From an uncultured virus (IMG/VR IMGVR_UViG_3300022851_000011) (Duplodnaviria > Heunggongvirae > Uroviricota > Caudoviricetes): a DNA stretch of 64,000 nucleotides. The position numbers and the translations under genes are program-made. The notes under the pieces are model-generated. The model saw only the letters and a list, made by a program, of their open reading frames with translations. It was not told the DNA's origin and did not search any database. Numbering within the stretch: the stretch's first letter is position 1; each line of letters starts with the position of its first letter. Below, piece after piece: positions 8,240-18,617 of the stretch. The stretch covers positions 1 to 64,000 of the IMG/VR virus record IMGVR_UViG_3300022851_000011; one strand, 5' to 3'.

Positions 8240-9291
8240 TTTACACCTTTTGCTGCTGCAATGTTGGAAATCCAGTTCTTACGTGGTTCCCTTGTGCTTT
8301 CAAAATGGAATTCCCGCCCACGGATACGTGAATATCCTTCTTCGGCAGTACCCATCGTGAACTTTCCAAGGTTGATGTTCTCGCCGCTATTCAATAACAA
8401 ATGAACTTCATTGCCACCAGCGGGTTTGAATAGAACACCATCTTGATCATACTGTACCATAAGTTTCTTAACAAGACCTTTAAGATTACCACTATCATTC
8501 TCGTTTCCGACGATGAATACGGTATCTTCTTCAACTTTTTGTTCTTCGGGTGTGCCTTGATTTTCAATCCAGCCGCCGTCGATAAACGTATATCCATACC
8601 CGGCTTTCTTTACTTGTCCAGCAAGTTGGCGGTTACGGCGTAGATTTTCGTGACGATTTTCCTGTCCGCCACGGAACGCAGTAATAAACGCTACGGGACG
8701 ATTTGGGTTATCAAGATGCTGGAAAATACGACCAAGTGACGATTCGCCAATCATGTCATGAACTGATTCAACCACACTTAACGTAATAAGTTCACCGCCA
8801 TCGTCTTCAATGATAAATGCTTCTTTTAGCTGACCATCTGCAATCTTGATAAGTTGACCGATATCTTTTGTTTCTGCTTCATCGCCCTTAGAAAGTTTAA
8901 CATCAGCGAAGTTACCAGCCTGTTTGCCGATATCGGTACGTTCGGTATGATACTTTGCCCATTTAATTATATTATCATACGTAACGTTAGTCATACGATT
9001 GATATTCATTGCCCAGAAATACTGTTTGCGATATAATCGAGTTCTAATCCACCCCCTTTTGACAAGTGCCAAAATGATTTGTTCACGTGCTTTGCCCTCA
9101 GTGCCCATAGGCTCATCAAAGTCGGCGTAAAGTTTATCAATATATTCCTTGGTTAGCCCGAACTTCTCAGGACGTTCAATAACTGTCTGAATATGCATTT
9201 GACCAGCAATATCCAATATCTCACCACGTGGTGAAATCCAGTATGCCATTCCCGGCGCTAAGTTTGGGTTTGCTATTTCATTTAATCTCAT
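8236..9291 (-). CDS. two-domain putative virion internal protein
   Basis: MRLNE leader; domain 1 YWISPRG...GWIR; domain 2 after IGESS (FITAFRG...GGWIEN). Confidence 0.6.
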   Translation of the reverse strand: MRLNEIANPNLAPGMAYWISPRGEILDIAGQMHIQTVIERPEKFGLTKEYIDKLYADFDEPMGTEGKAREQIILALVKRGWIRTRLYRKQYFWAMNINRMTNVTYDNIIKWAKYHTERTDIGKQAGNFADVKLSKGDEAETKDIGQLIKIADGQLKEAFIIEDDGGELITLSVVESVHDMIGESSLGRIFQHLDNPNRPVAFITAFRGGQENRHENLRRNRQLAGQVKKAGYGYTFIDGGWIENQGTPEEQKVEEDTVFIVGNENDSGNLKGLVKKLMVQYDQDGVLFKPAGGNEVHLLLNSGENINLGKFTMGTAEEGYSRIRGREFHFESTREPRKNWISNIAAAKGVK

Positions 9292-9299
9292 AATCTATC

Positions 9300-9329
9300 C
9301 ACTATATATTAAACGTAGGTTAAAGTCAA
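9300..9329 (-). promoter_or_regulatory. sigma70-like promoter
   Basis: TTGACT...TATAGT on the minus strand. Confidence 0.5.
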
Positions 9330-9330
9330 C

Positions 9331-11187
9331 TTATTTGTCGTCCTCGGAAGGATGCTCGGTTTTGTGTTCCATATGATGATATACTTTCGACAAGTAATCA
9401 TTTGCTGTTGTCAACTTGGATTGAACCCATGATTGTAGGTTATCATCGTCGTCTAGCTTCATAATGAGTTTTTCAAGTTCCTGTGCGTGTTCAATAATGG
9501 CGGATAGTTGCGAATGTGCCATTGATATTTCGTGATCATCGCTGTCCATTAATGCACCCATTTTTTCGTCTGGTTTCAGTTCACGGTGTTTTGCTTTTTG
9601 ACCACGGCGCTTCTTATATGCACTGTCAGTGTTTTTGCTATCCCGTGCTTCAGCATCAGTTTCATCCCACCCCATCATATCTTTGGCTTTATCCATAATA
9701 CCTTCGCCCATCGTATTCTTGGTAACATCGGTTGCCATAAATGGACCTCTTCTCATTAATTTGAAAGGAACTTTTATTTGTTCGCCGTGTAAATCATTTG
9801 ATGGATGTCCGTTGCGAGGAAGAACTTTGAGTGTAACCATTCCAGAATTGTTATCAATATTTTGAAGTTCAAAATCAACTTCATCATATTTCTCACCTTT
9901 TAGTGTAAGTCCGAATCCTGTTATATACTTTTGCACTTTTCCACCAGCAACTGCCTGTTTTGCTTCATCGATTCCCTCGCCTTCTTCCATCTTATCTAAA
10001 CGATCATAATAATCTGGTAGTTCAGCTAGGTGGTCACGGGCAATCTCGTCTGCTACTTTTGCATCATCTGTGTGTTCTTTTTCAATCTTACGACCTTTAA
10101 CCAACTGCTTAACGATTGAAGTAATATCAACGCCATGCTTTTCAGCAATCTCTTTTGCTGTTGGTGTTTTGCCACCCATTACATCTTGTGGGCTATCTAG
10201 TTGGGCATCAGCTTCTTCTTCGGACTCTGGAACACAGTTAGGAACTTTTTTGCCGTTCTTTTTCTTCATTCCTATTTGCTTATGTGAATCCCAGCATGGA
10301 TCATCATTTTCTGTGGTTTTTTCCCATTTTGATGTTTGGACACTATCGTATCTCTTCCATCCTTTATTAAGGTATTCGTCAACTTCTTCTGGCGAAACCC
10401 ATTTATCTTTCCCGATATACGCCCCGTTTTGGTCTGGCATTGTCATTTTAATGTGATTAGTTTTAGGTGACGGTCTATCATTGCCAAAATCTCTTGATTT
10501 TTTACGCATAGATGGGGATGGTCGCCCTTTAGATTCTGTTTTCTTTTTAGGCTCTTCTTTAGGCTTTTTAAATGCGTTCGGTGCATTCTTTTTCATTATT
10601 TTCATAAGGCGATCACGGTTTTGACTTGCGGATAAACCTTCATCAACATCATCAAATAGTGGTCCATCGGGATCGGTCACTTTCTTAGTGCCTTTCTTTT
10701 GAACATCACGTGATTGACCTTTGATACCACGATTGAATTGCTTTGGTTTGGCATCTTCGTCAGATTCTGCTGTCTTCATATAGTCGCCCATTTCACGTTT
10801 CATTTGTGTAACAATATCTTCTTCTAACTCGTCTTCTGCTACATACTGCGATAGGAATCCATAATCTTCTTCAACACTTTTCTTCAACACTTTGATATTA
10901 ACCCAACGTGTGTCGTTATCTCTCTTTGAATATATTTGTAGTCCTTTTTCGTCACCAAACATTTTTGGACCGCCAACAACTGTTACAAGTTCACCATCAA
11001 ACATAAACTCGTCATGCCCGCCAGCTTCAACTTCATCATTCCATCCTTCTCCGACCAAACGATCCTTGAAAGGATGTTCGCCGTTCTTTGACTTCTTAGC
11101 TTTTTCTTTACCCTTGACTTGATCGGCGGGTGCATTTTCATCTAATCGTTGAATATTTTCTACAAGACTTCTAAAACTATTATCCAT
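9331..11187 (-). CDS. modular putative head/internal protein with Glu-delimited motifs (includes a DUF5661-like EHT...DHL...YY module)
   Basis: Modules PCWDSHKQIGMKKKNGKKVPNCVP and EKEHTDDAKVADEIARDHLAELPDYY separated by xxE linkers. Confidence 0.6.
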   Translation of the reverse strand: MDNSFRSLVENIQRLDENAPADQVKGKEKAKKSKNGEHPFKDRLVGEGWNDEVEAGGHDEFMFDGELVTVVGGPKMFGDEKGLQIYSKRDNDTRWVNIKVLKKSVEEDYGFLSQYVAEDELEEDIVTQMKREMGDYMKTAESDEDAKPKQFNRGIKGQSRDVQKKGTKKVTDPDGPLFDDVDEGLSASQNRDRLMKIMKKNAPNAFKKPKEEPKKKTESKGRPSPSMRKKSRDFGNDRPSPKTNHIKMTMPDQNGAYIGKDKWVSPEEVDEYLNKGWKRYDSVQTSKWEKTTENDDPCWDSHKQIGMKKKNGKKVPNCVPESEEEADAQLDSPQDVMGGKTPTAKEIAEKHGVDITSIVKQLVKGRKIEKEHTDDAKVADEIARDHLAELPDYYDRLDKMEEGEGIDEAKQAVAGGKVQKYITGFGLTLKGEKYDEVDFELQNIDNNSGMVTLKVLPRNGHPSNDLHGEQIKVPFKLMRRGPFMATDVTKNTMGEGIMDKAKDMMGWDETDAEARDSKNTDSAYKKRRGQKAKHRELKPDEKMGALMDSDDHEISMAHSQLSAIIEHAQELEKLIMKLDDDDNLQSWVQSKLTTANDYLSKVYHHMEHKTEHPSEDDK

Positions 11188-11602
11188 TTTTCATTGCCTT
11201 TACAAGAATCTTTTCAACAACATGTTCCATTTCTTCCCATTCATACCAACCTTCGTAACGGGAGTTCATTTCAGCGTATACGTTATTATCAACGATATGT
11301 TCAACGGCTGCTTTAAACTCTTGTGCATTTCTTGGATCAAGCTCAGTTGAAAGGCGACCCATTTTCATAAACTCTCTAACACCTTGTTTTGCAAGATATA
11401 CTAGTTCGCTATGTACTTCATTTTTTTCACGTTCGCTTGGCTCGTTGTCGGATGGTATCCCACTAAAGTTATCAGGATATGCTTCGTCGGTTTTTTTGCG
11501 ATAAACGCCTTGGTCACCACGACGATTAGTTTTACCCAATGGCATTGCAACGGAAGCTACACTTCCACTACTTGTCATTTCCATAATATCCTTGATCTTC
11601 AT
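11180..11602 (-). CDS. hypothetical putative internal protein
   Basis: MKIKDIME leader then TSSGSVASV. Confidence 0.6.
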   Translation of the reverse strand: MKIKDIMEMTSSGSVASVAMPLGKTNRRGDQGVYRKKTDEAYPDNFSGIPSDNEPSEREKNEVHSELVYLAKQGVREFMKMGRLSTELDPRNAQEFKAAVEHIVDNNVYAEMNSRYEGWYEWEEMEHVVEKILVKAMKNG

Positions 11603-11874
11603 AGCTTAAACTCCCGTCCGTTGAATAAGGTAGTGGTTTTACCATCAACCCTTATCGTATTTATCTTTAGTGAACCATTCTTTGGATATAAATTCTCGAC
11701 GTTAATAGTATGCACACCTTCGCCAAGAAATAACGGCACCACTTCAGTTATATATTGTTCTTTATTATCCCACACATAGTCTCGTTCTGTCATTAGTTCG
11801 TCGTTAACATATATCCGATATGGAATACTATCACGTTGAATATCCGCATATAAATCAATCTCTAGTTTAATCAT
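11599..11874 (-). CDS. hypothetical beta-rich protein
   Basis: YRIYVNDELMTER motif; overlaps neighbours. Confidence 0.65.
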   Translation of the reverse strand: MIKLEIDLYADIQRDSIPYRIYVNDELMTERDYVWDNKEQYITEVVPLFLGEGVHTINVENLYPKNGSLKINTIRVDGKTTTLFNGREFKL

Positions 11875-14800
11875 TTAGCGGTCTTTGCTCTTTTGGCTTC
11901 AATACGTGCAGTAATCTGATTTTGTTTTTCCATAGGCAATTCGTCAAATCGTGGCAAATCTGCAACACCGGCAGCGGAGTTAATGGCTAAAACTTCTTCG
12001 TGGGATAAAACCTTGACAACTTTCATTTCACCACCGATTAGCCATTCCCCTGTCATATTGGCATTGGTTTTGTATCTGTAATGACCGCCCTGCGGAACCT
12101 GATCGGTGATGTGGGCAGTTCTTGGAACAATATCGCCCTTTTTATTACGATCTGCTCTTTTGTTAGCCTCATCCTGCCAATCTACATCATTCGCAAATAA
12201 TACTTCTGCCCATACTTGGTTTTCAAGACGATAATCTGGTTTTGTTTGCGAAGCGCCGCCACTCTTTCCGCCAATGTGTGTTGCTATAGGTAGATTACCA
12301 CCGTGCCAACCGGGGCGCATAGCCAATGGTCCAAGTGAAGATTTCACTTTACCGCCGGTAGGTGTCATTTCGCCGATTTTTGCTGGTAACCATTTACCTA
12401 CTGGAACAGGTGTTTTAGCATCGATATACAGTGGATAAATCTTTCCGCTGGCATCAGTTTTAAACAACTTATATAGAATAACAGTTTTGACTGGACTTTC
12501 AATTTCATTCAACTGTGTCTCGGGCATTAATTTCTTTACACGACCTTTGAATATTTGCTGGTCGCCTTTATCGGTTTTCGCTATCGGCTGCTGGTGTTTG
12601 TCTTTCTTAAAGCCTTTGACAGTAGCCTTGCGGTTCTTGAACTTCCCAACCATAAGTTCGTCGCCAACGTCGATGTCAGGTAGTTCCAAAGTTTCATCAT
12701 CTTTCAACTGACTTTCACGGAATGCTGCCATCTTGGACACTGGTTTTTTACCTGTTCTCTTGAATTCACGCATTGCAGCGTTTGTATCAAGGTTAACATT
12801 CTTCCCTGTTGCTTCATTTTCCATAGTAGCAACTTTGATATGAATGTTATTGTCAGTAATAAGTGCTAATGCTTTTGCTAGCTTCATATTATCGTCGCTA
12901 GTGAAGTATCCGTTACCACTTTCAGAACTGAAACGCACCCAACCATTTGCATACATAATCATAGCAACGGGAATATCATAATACTTACTGGTAGGCGTGT
13001 AATTATCGCCAAGCTCTTTAAAGCTCACACCATATTTTTGTGGTTTTAATAAAGCATCCTGTGTATGATGTTCACCTTCGCTGGCTAGCTCAATAATCTT
13101 CTTGCTGGCTGGATGAATCCAATACTTAGACACTGGGCTTTCGTTTATCTTGGTTTCATCATTCAGGAAATCGTATCCTTCTGCAATACCAAGGTTGTAT
13201 GCTGCTTCGGTGTTCTCTTTTGACGATAACTTGCGACGACGATTCCCACCACTTAACAATGGCGGGTAGCCATCACTGTCAACGTCAAATCCGAACTTTT
13301 TTCCCTGCACTCGTGTCTCATCCTTACCAACATCGTCGGTAGTGTTGTAATCAGTAATACGTCCTACGCCTTCTTCAAGTTCTTTGTAGAATGTCTTCGG
13401 AAACTTGCGTAGATAGCCCATCAATTCTTCGATGTCGATGCTTGTCTGTGTGATGTTAATAGGTTGACCGACGTTGTATGCTGCTAACCAACGATGATGT
13501 CCGTCAGCAATATAGTTGTCAGCACTTACCAATAATGGCTTTGTTGAAATACCACGCTTAATACTTTTTTCAATCTTTTCGTCATCAAACTCACCTTGTG
13601 TGGGTTTCAATGATTTGGTATCGACGCTTTTGTTACGGAATGAAACGCCACGATCTTCGAGCCATTTAACTAGCTCTGGCATATCATCGCTGCTTACTTG
13701 TGGCATTTTGTTACGTGGAATATCCCAACGGGTATCTGTCGGTTTAATGATTTTTAATTCTTTTAAAGCAATCGCTTTCTTTAAACTAAATGATTCGTTT
13801 GTTTTTTTATCACCCCACATAGCATAGATAAGCAAATCACCCGAAAGTGCCTCGCCTTCAATATCATCTGCATACTCTGTGCCAAGTTTTGCCATCGCTT
13901 TGTGATACCGGTCATCGGATAACTTACCGTCCGTCCAAGCCTTTCTTAACTTTTCGGATTGGTCTTCCTTTTCTTTGCTGAATGAATCATTGTAGTGTGG
14001 TTGGTGTGTGTCCAATGGTCCTTCAATCTCATCGTCTTCTGCGTCATAATGCAGTGGCATTGGTCCGTCACTGTAGCCACTAATCTCACCCCACGCAACC
14101 ACGTTAGGATGTGCAACAATCTTTTTCCATAGTTTGATGGCACCTTCAGATTGCGTTTCATCGGATATAATCGTCCAACCAAGGCTTTTCATCAACCACG
14201 TATACAAACGGAAACCAACGTTGTATCCTTGGATACTCTCGTGGATTGACATATCCGCCATAGTATAACCTGCGTCTGTCTTCCAATAACTAAGCATACC
14301 TTTTTGTGTGCGACTGTCATCGTCGCCACGTTGAAATATTTGGACTTCTTCAATTTCTTCACATAACCAAAACTCAATATTTAAGCTGGCTACCTTGCCG
14401 ATGAGTTCCATATTTTCTTCTTCAACACTCTCCGCAAATTCGGCGGCATTTAGTGTCAATACCAGTGAATCATTGAACTTACCTTTAGTAATGGTATTCA
14501 TTGCAACTTCGTGTACAAAACCATATCCTTCTGTCGTAATAGGTTGCTCTGTGTGTACGGTTTGTTCCAGCGATTCGAGTCTATCCAAAATATCTGTAAG
14601 AATACGTTGGTTTGACATAGTGATATCATCATTACTGCCTAAATCGGTTTCAATATCGCCCATCTCCTTGGCACCATCACCTACTTTTGAATCTAAGGCT
14701 TGAACAAGTTTAGCCAATGCCTCAATCTCATTATGTGCGGTAGGAAAGCGATATAATGCTTTTTTGATAAATGGATAGATGCTCGGGTCAAAGTTAGATA

Positions 14801-15266
14801 GGTTGATTTCGTCGTTACCGCCTTTTTTATCTTCTTTTTTCTTTTCAGATAGATTCTTATTTTCAACTTTGAACTGTTTTTTAATGATACCAGTTGGCTT
14901 GAATGCTTTCTTCTTCATCATCGTTTTGGTAACCAACTGAAAACGAGGTGCATCAGGGTTGCGGTCGTGTCGTGGATTGTCAAGGATAACGAAAGGAACA
15001 TTCAAATCATTTGATAGATCAGTCATAACTGCTTCCATATCAGTACCAAGATGCTTTATCTTGTTGCCGTGTTTGCTTTGAATTTTTACGAATAAATCAT
15101 ATACTTCTTTTTGTGTTACTGGCTTTGATTTATGTTCAGGACGGTTAAAACGGTCAGCGAAGTGTTTTGTGAATACTACATCGATGCCTAGTTTAGACCA
15201 AAGACGATCAAGTGCTTGATCCAATCCTTGTAAATCCGACATTGTTACTTCGGTTAGATAACTCAT
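11871..15266 (-). CDS. 1131-aa multidomain protein (RNase-like FTKHF domain, GNAT-like domain, ParB-like domain, others)
   Basis: FTKHFADRF; IQGYNVGFRLY...SDETQSEGAIKLW; LKPTQGEFD...DGHHRWLAA; RPGWH domain. Confidence 0.7.
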   Translation of the reverse strand: MSYLTEVTMSDLQGLDQALDRLWSKLGIDVVFTKHFADRFNRPEHKSKPVTQKEVYDLFVKIQSKHGNKIKHLGTDMEAVMTDLSNDLNVPFVILDNPRHDRNPDAPRFQLVTKTMMKKKAFKPTGIIKKQFKVENKNLSEKKKEDKKGGNDEINLSNFDPSIYPFIKKALYRFPTAHNEIEALAKLVQALDSKVGDGAKEMGDIETDLGSNDDITMSNQRILTDILDRLESLEQTVHTEQPITTEGYGFVHEVAMNTITKGKFNDSLVLTLNAAEFAESVEEENMELIGKVASLNIEFWLCEEIEEVQIFQRGDDDSRTQKGMLSYWKTDAGYTMADMSIHESIQGYNVGFRLYTWLMKSLGWTIISDETQSEGAIKLWKKIVAHPNVVAWGEISGYSDGPMPLHYDAEDDEIEGPLDTHQPHYNDSFSKEKEDQSEKLRKAWTDGKLSDDRYHKAMAKLGTEYADDIEGEALSGDLLIYAMWGDKKTNESFSLKKAIALKELKIIKPTDTRWDIPRNKMPQVSSDDMPELVKWLEDRGVSFRNKSVDTKSLKPTQGEFDDEKIEKSIKRGISTKPLLVSADNYIADGHHRWLAAYNVGQPINITQTSIDIEELMGYLRKFPKTFYKELEEGVGRITDYNTTDDVGKDETRVQGKKFGFDVDSDGYPPLLSGGNRRRKLSSKENTEAAYNLGIAEGYDFLNDETKINESPVSKYWIHPASKKIIELASEGEHHTQDALLKPQKYGVSFKELGDNYTPTSKYYDIPVAMIMYANGWVRFSSESGNGYFTSDDNMKLAKALALITDNNIHIKVATMENEATGKNVNLDTNAAMREFKRTGKKPVSKMAAFRESQLKDDETLELPDIDVGDELMVGKFKNRKATVKGFKKDKHQQPIAKTDKGDQQIFKGRVKKLMPETQLNEIESPVKTVILYKLFKTDASGKIYPLYIDAKTPVPVGKWLPAKIGEMTPTGGKVKSSLGPLAMRPGWHGGNLPIATHIGGKSGGASQTKPDYRLENQVWAEVLFANDVDWQDEANKRADRNKKGDIVPRTAHITDQVPQGGHYRYKTNANMTGEWLIGGEMKVVKVLSHEEVLAINSAAGVADLPRFDELPMEKQNQITARIEAKRAKTAK

Positions 15267-15613
15267 TATGCTTGTGCCTTATATGTTGCTAGTTTGTCAC
15301 GAATAGCACGTAACTGTGTGATAACCTTGTCATACACTTCTGCTTCGAAATGCCCTTGCTTGATAGAAGGATTGTTCATTTTATCAAGGATTTCGCTGGC
15401 ACGTTGGATATATTCGCTAGCACTTTGCACGATTCCAGTTTTGCCGGGATAGATAGCTCTGCCGCGGCGTGAAAATCTCATTTCATCTGGTGGTGACGAT
15501 GAACGTGGCTGATCCTTAATGTCGGGACCGCCTAGTTTAATGCCTTCGAGTAGTTCGTTGCATTCTTTAATTAGTGTTTCGTGTTCGGGTGCGCTAATAT
15601 CTGTTAAAAACAT
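15266..15613 (-). CDS. hypothetical protein
   Basis: Likely start MFLTDIS at 15613, just downstream of an ATAAATA motif. Confidence 0.55.
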   Translation of the reverse strand: MFLTDISAPEHETLIKECNELLEGIKLGGPDIKDQPRSSSPPDEMRFSRRGRAIYPGKTGIVQSASEYIQRASEILDKMNNPSIKQGHFEAEVYDKVITQLRAIRDKLATYKAQA

Positions 15614-15653
15614 AATGAAAATCCTATTTAATGTATTTATCACTATTAGCGTA

Positions 15654-16085
15654 TTACATATTTTCTAGCAAAAATATATAAAATGGTGTATTAAACTCGA
15701 TAAACCATACGCCATTCCATCCAAGGTCCATATGATTGCGTAATACGGGTGTATCGGGATGATTTTCAGCATACCATCTATCTGACGGAATATATTTGGA
15801 TTTAAACCGACAAAGATTGGTGATATCAATCTCATCTATTTCTATTTTTTTAATATGCAATAGTTGATCTTTGATTACATTACCCTCGTCATCAAGAACA
15901 ACATCGGATTCTTTCTTATTACCCAACTCAATATTTAATTTGTTTTCTTCGCCGCATTCTACTTCAAATGTGATAATCTTCTCTTCGTGGATAATCGAAT
16001 CATCTATCAATCTATCGTTAATGTGTACTAGTGCATACGGCGTACCAGTGGACGCCAGCGTAATCGCAAAACTTAGTTTTTCCAT
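15654..16085 (-). CDS. hypothetical protein
   Basis: 143 aa, C-terminal LGWNGVWFIEFNTPFYIFLLENM. Confidence 0.65.
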   Translation of the reverse strand: MEKLSFAITLASTGTPYALVHINDRLIDDSIIHEEKIITFEVECGEENKLNIELGNKKESDVVLDDEGNVIKDQLLHIKKIEIDEIDITNLCRFKSKYIPSDRWYAENHPDTPVLRNHMDLGWNGVWFIEFNTPFYIFLLENM

Positions 16086-16089
16086 AAAT

Positions 16090-17307
16090 TTATACCTGTA
16101 ATTCTTTAACTAAGGTATTTATACGCCCCAATTTCGATGCAAGAAAAACTCGTTGATTGTATTCAAGTAACGGCTTCAATTCACGCATAACCTTACGATG
16201 TGCATTATCATCATATGTAGCCAGTTTATAACACTCGGTAAAACAACTATGCATCCGCTTTTCACCATTTTCTACACTATCATAATCTTCGAATATATAG
16301 TCGTCGAATGTCTTGTATCCTAAATCATGTAAAACCATTAAACTGCCGGGATTACCAATAATCACAAACGGCTGTAGGTTTAATATACATTTAAATGTCT
16401 TTTCTGTCAGAAAAATAGTATCGTCGGTATAGTGTGTCTCGGTAACAAAATTCCAATATGCGTCATCGAAGAAAGGTTTATGAATGATGCTATGATTGTT
16501 GTGTTCATCATCGGTCATATCATCGCACGATAACGGCGTGTATAAATCAAACTGTGCAACCAGTCTGTCCACGTCATTCCAGTAATCACACCATTCCATA
16601 GGATCATCGTCACGAATATCAAAAGGATCGTGGCTGGTTGTATATTGTTTATCTTGGTAACTAAAATAACTGTCATTTTGCAGACCGTGTTGCCATAATG
16701 ATGCAGCAAACGCTTTGCGCCACGGTTTGTCTATTCTATTCAAGAATGTAAACTTCTTACTGCGTGGCTGCATATTGACTTCGGTTACATAATCTTTTTT
16801 ATGTATATGTAGATAACGATAATATAACTCGTCGTCGGGAAAGTACACAAATGAGTTCCCATATGTCGGTGCTAATGCGTTGGCACAAACAAATTTTACA
16901 TACTCACGGCTTATATTATGCCTAATACAAAGATCATTTATATGGTCGGCAATGCCGTCATCAAGCCAATCGCCTTCACTATAATAGAATACAAATACGA
17001 GGCGTTTGTTGCGTAACATCTTCCTTGATCTTTTTTCCATCAATTCAAAGTAGTCTATGTCGATATCGAAGAAATTTAGATTTACCATATAATGCCCGAT
17101 TTGGTCTAATGGCAATTCGGTCGATAGCATTTCACGATGCGGAGCATTATCCAATCGCATATATTTTACTAGACGGTTTTCTTGTGAGAATGGGGTTTTT
17201 AGTGCTAGATCATACCACTCGGTTGATTTAGGTACAAGGGTGGTATCTTTTACAAGATTTGGGAGATAGGTTTGTTCGTTTTTAAAGTCATAAACGAAAT
17301 TTATCAT
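16090..17307 (-). CDS. glycosyltransferase-like protein
   Basis: FLNR...R and VTET...FLTEKTFKCI...PF...G.PG motifs. Confidence 0.45.
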   Translation of the reverse strand: MINFVYDFKNEQTYLPNLVKDTTLVPKSTEWYDLALKTPFSQENRLVKYMRLDNAPHREMLSTELPLDQIGHYMVNLNFFDIDIDYFELMEKRSRKMLRNKRLVFVFYYSEGDWLDDGIADHINDLCIRHNISREYVKFVCANALAPTYGNSFVYFPDDELYYRYLHIHKKDYVTEVNMQPRSKKFTFLNRIDKPWRKAFAASLWQHGLQNDSYFSYQDKQYTTSHDPFDIRDDDPMEWCDYWNDVDRLVAQFDLYTPLSCDDMTDDEHNNHSIIHKPFFDDAYWNFVTETHYTDDTIFLTEKTFKCILNLQPFVIIGNPGSLMVLHDLGYKTFDDYIFEDYDSVENGEKRMHSCFTECYKLATYDDNAHRKVMRELKPLLEYNQRVFLASKLGRINTLVKELQV

Positions 17308-17678
17308 TAATAGTTCAGTTGTACTTTCGTTATACTTCCTTCAGAAAATCCAGAAACAGCCGCTCTAAGATAAACAAAGTTTCCAGTGAAGTTGTATGTA
17401 ACGGCGACTGAACCAGCAACCGCATTGGTCATTGTTGTGCCATCTATATCAAACCAATCAGTCGATGTTGGCGTTGTTGCCAATGAACCTTGCATTTTAA
17501 TAGTGCCAATAAATAGGTTCGGAAAGTAAGCCACGGTATGGATTCCATCATACCCATAATATCCATCGCCTTTAACCTTATCGGTTTGGAACGACGCACT
17601 TGAACCATCATAGTTCAAGTTTTCATTTGGTGTTCCCTGTGAAATTGACGGGATTAGGGTTAGTGATGTTGCGGGCAT
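17307..17678 (-). CDS. putative virion structural protein
   Basis: G/T/S-rich beta protein; GDGYYG, FTGNFVYLRA. Confidence 0.5.
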   Translation of the reverse strand: MPATSLTLIPSISQGTPNENLNYDGSSASFQTDKVKGDGYYGYDGIHTVAYFPNLFIGTIKMQGSLATTPTSTDWFDIDGTTMTNAVAGSVAVTYNFTGNFVYLRAAVSGFSEGSITKVQLNY

Positions 17679-17845
17679 TAAACTTCCTTAATGATTTCTA
17701 CTAGTTTGCCTTCGCCTACTAGTTCTTGAACTACAGCTTCTACGCCTTCTAGCATATCGTCTGTCAGAATTGCTGATGCGTTAGCATCGTCTTTAATTAG
17801 TTCTGATACTTTAATCACAACCATTTCTTCATTCATTTTAGCCAT
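17678..17845 (-). CDS. small hypothetical protein
   Basis: Likely start MAKMNEE after AGGAGAG and an ATAAATA motif. Confidence 0.6.
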   Translation of the reverse strand: MAKMNEEMVVIKVSELIKDDANASAILTDDMLEGVEAVVQELVGEGKLVEIIKEV

Positions 17846-18052
17846 CTGATAACTCTCCTTAATATAGTATTTATCATTTGCTGGCAAAGAATGTTAAATA
17901 AAAATCTTCGAATTCCTCTTCGGACAGATACTCAAGTGCCCATTCATGCAACGAAGCAGGGGGCATACCCGCCACACCTATGACTAATAGCTTACGCAAT
18001 AAATCTACTTCGCATTCCATCAATGCTGTTGTAAATTGTTTGTTATTATAGT

Positions 18053-18436
18053 TCATTGTATATCACTTATTTCATAATCATTTATATATTCGCTTATCCA
18101 TAATTTAGAATAAGGTATATGATGTGAATCCCATTGAAATGTCAATACGTATCCTTGTGCCTCAAAATCTCTATAGCACGTAACATTTTTCATTCCATAA
18201 TAATCAACCAGATTTTTTTCTAGTGTTGTGCGTGTGTGTGGATTTTCCAGTACATTCGGATATCTCTGTATAATCACCCATATTTCTTTTATTATTTTAT
18301 GGCGCTTAAACTGTCCAATATCGGTGGATAACACTCCTATGAAATCTTCTTTACTAATATCGTCGTTCATACCAATATCCATTGTAATTGATTCTGATAA
18401 GTTTTTTATCCCGCTCTGGTTCATACGTTTCTTCAA
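18053..18436 (-). CDS. hypothetical protein
   Basis: ORF in the co-directional cluster. Confidence 0.5.
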   Translation of the reverse strand: MKKRMNQSGIKNLSESITMDIGMNDDISKEDFIGVLSTDIGQFKRHKIIKEIWVIIQRYPNVLENPHTRTTLEKNLVDYYGMKNVTCYRDFEAQGYVLTFQWDSHHIPYSKLWISEYINDYEISDIQ

Positions 18437-18617
18437 TCGTCACCGTGATATTGTGTTTATTCCTGATATAATCTACCATTGAATTACACATATCCATATG
18501 ATAATGGGGATTGATATTCTTATCACATATCAGTTGGTCAAGTTCCAGAAATACATCGGATATCGGTTGCGGTTCACTTAATGCGTTCCAAAAATCTTGT
18601 TTTTCTTTGGTGGTCAC
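18354..18617 (-). CDS. hypothetical protein
   Basis: Overlaps the thyA stop. Confidence 0.5.
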   Translation of the reverse strand: MTTKEKQDFWNALSEPQPISDVFLELDQLICDKNINPHYHMDMCNSMVDYIRNKHNITVTIEETYEPERDKKLIRINYNGYWYERRY

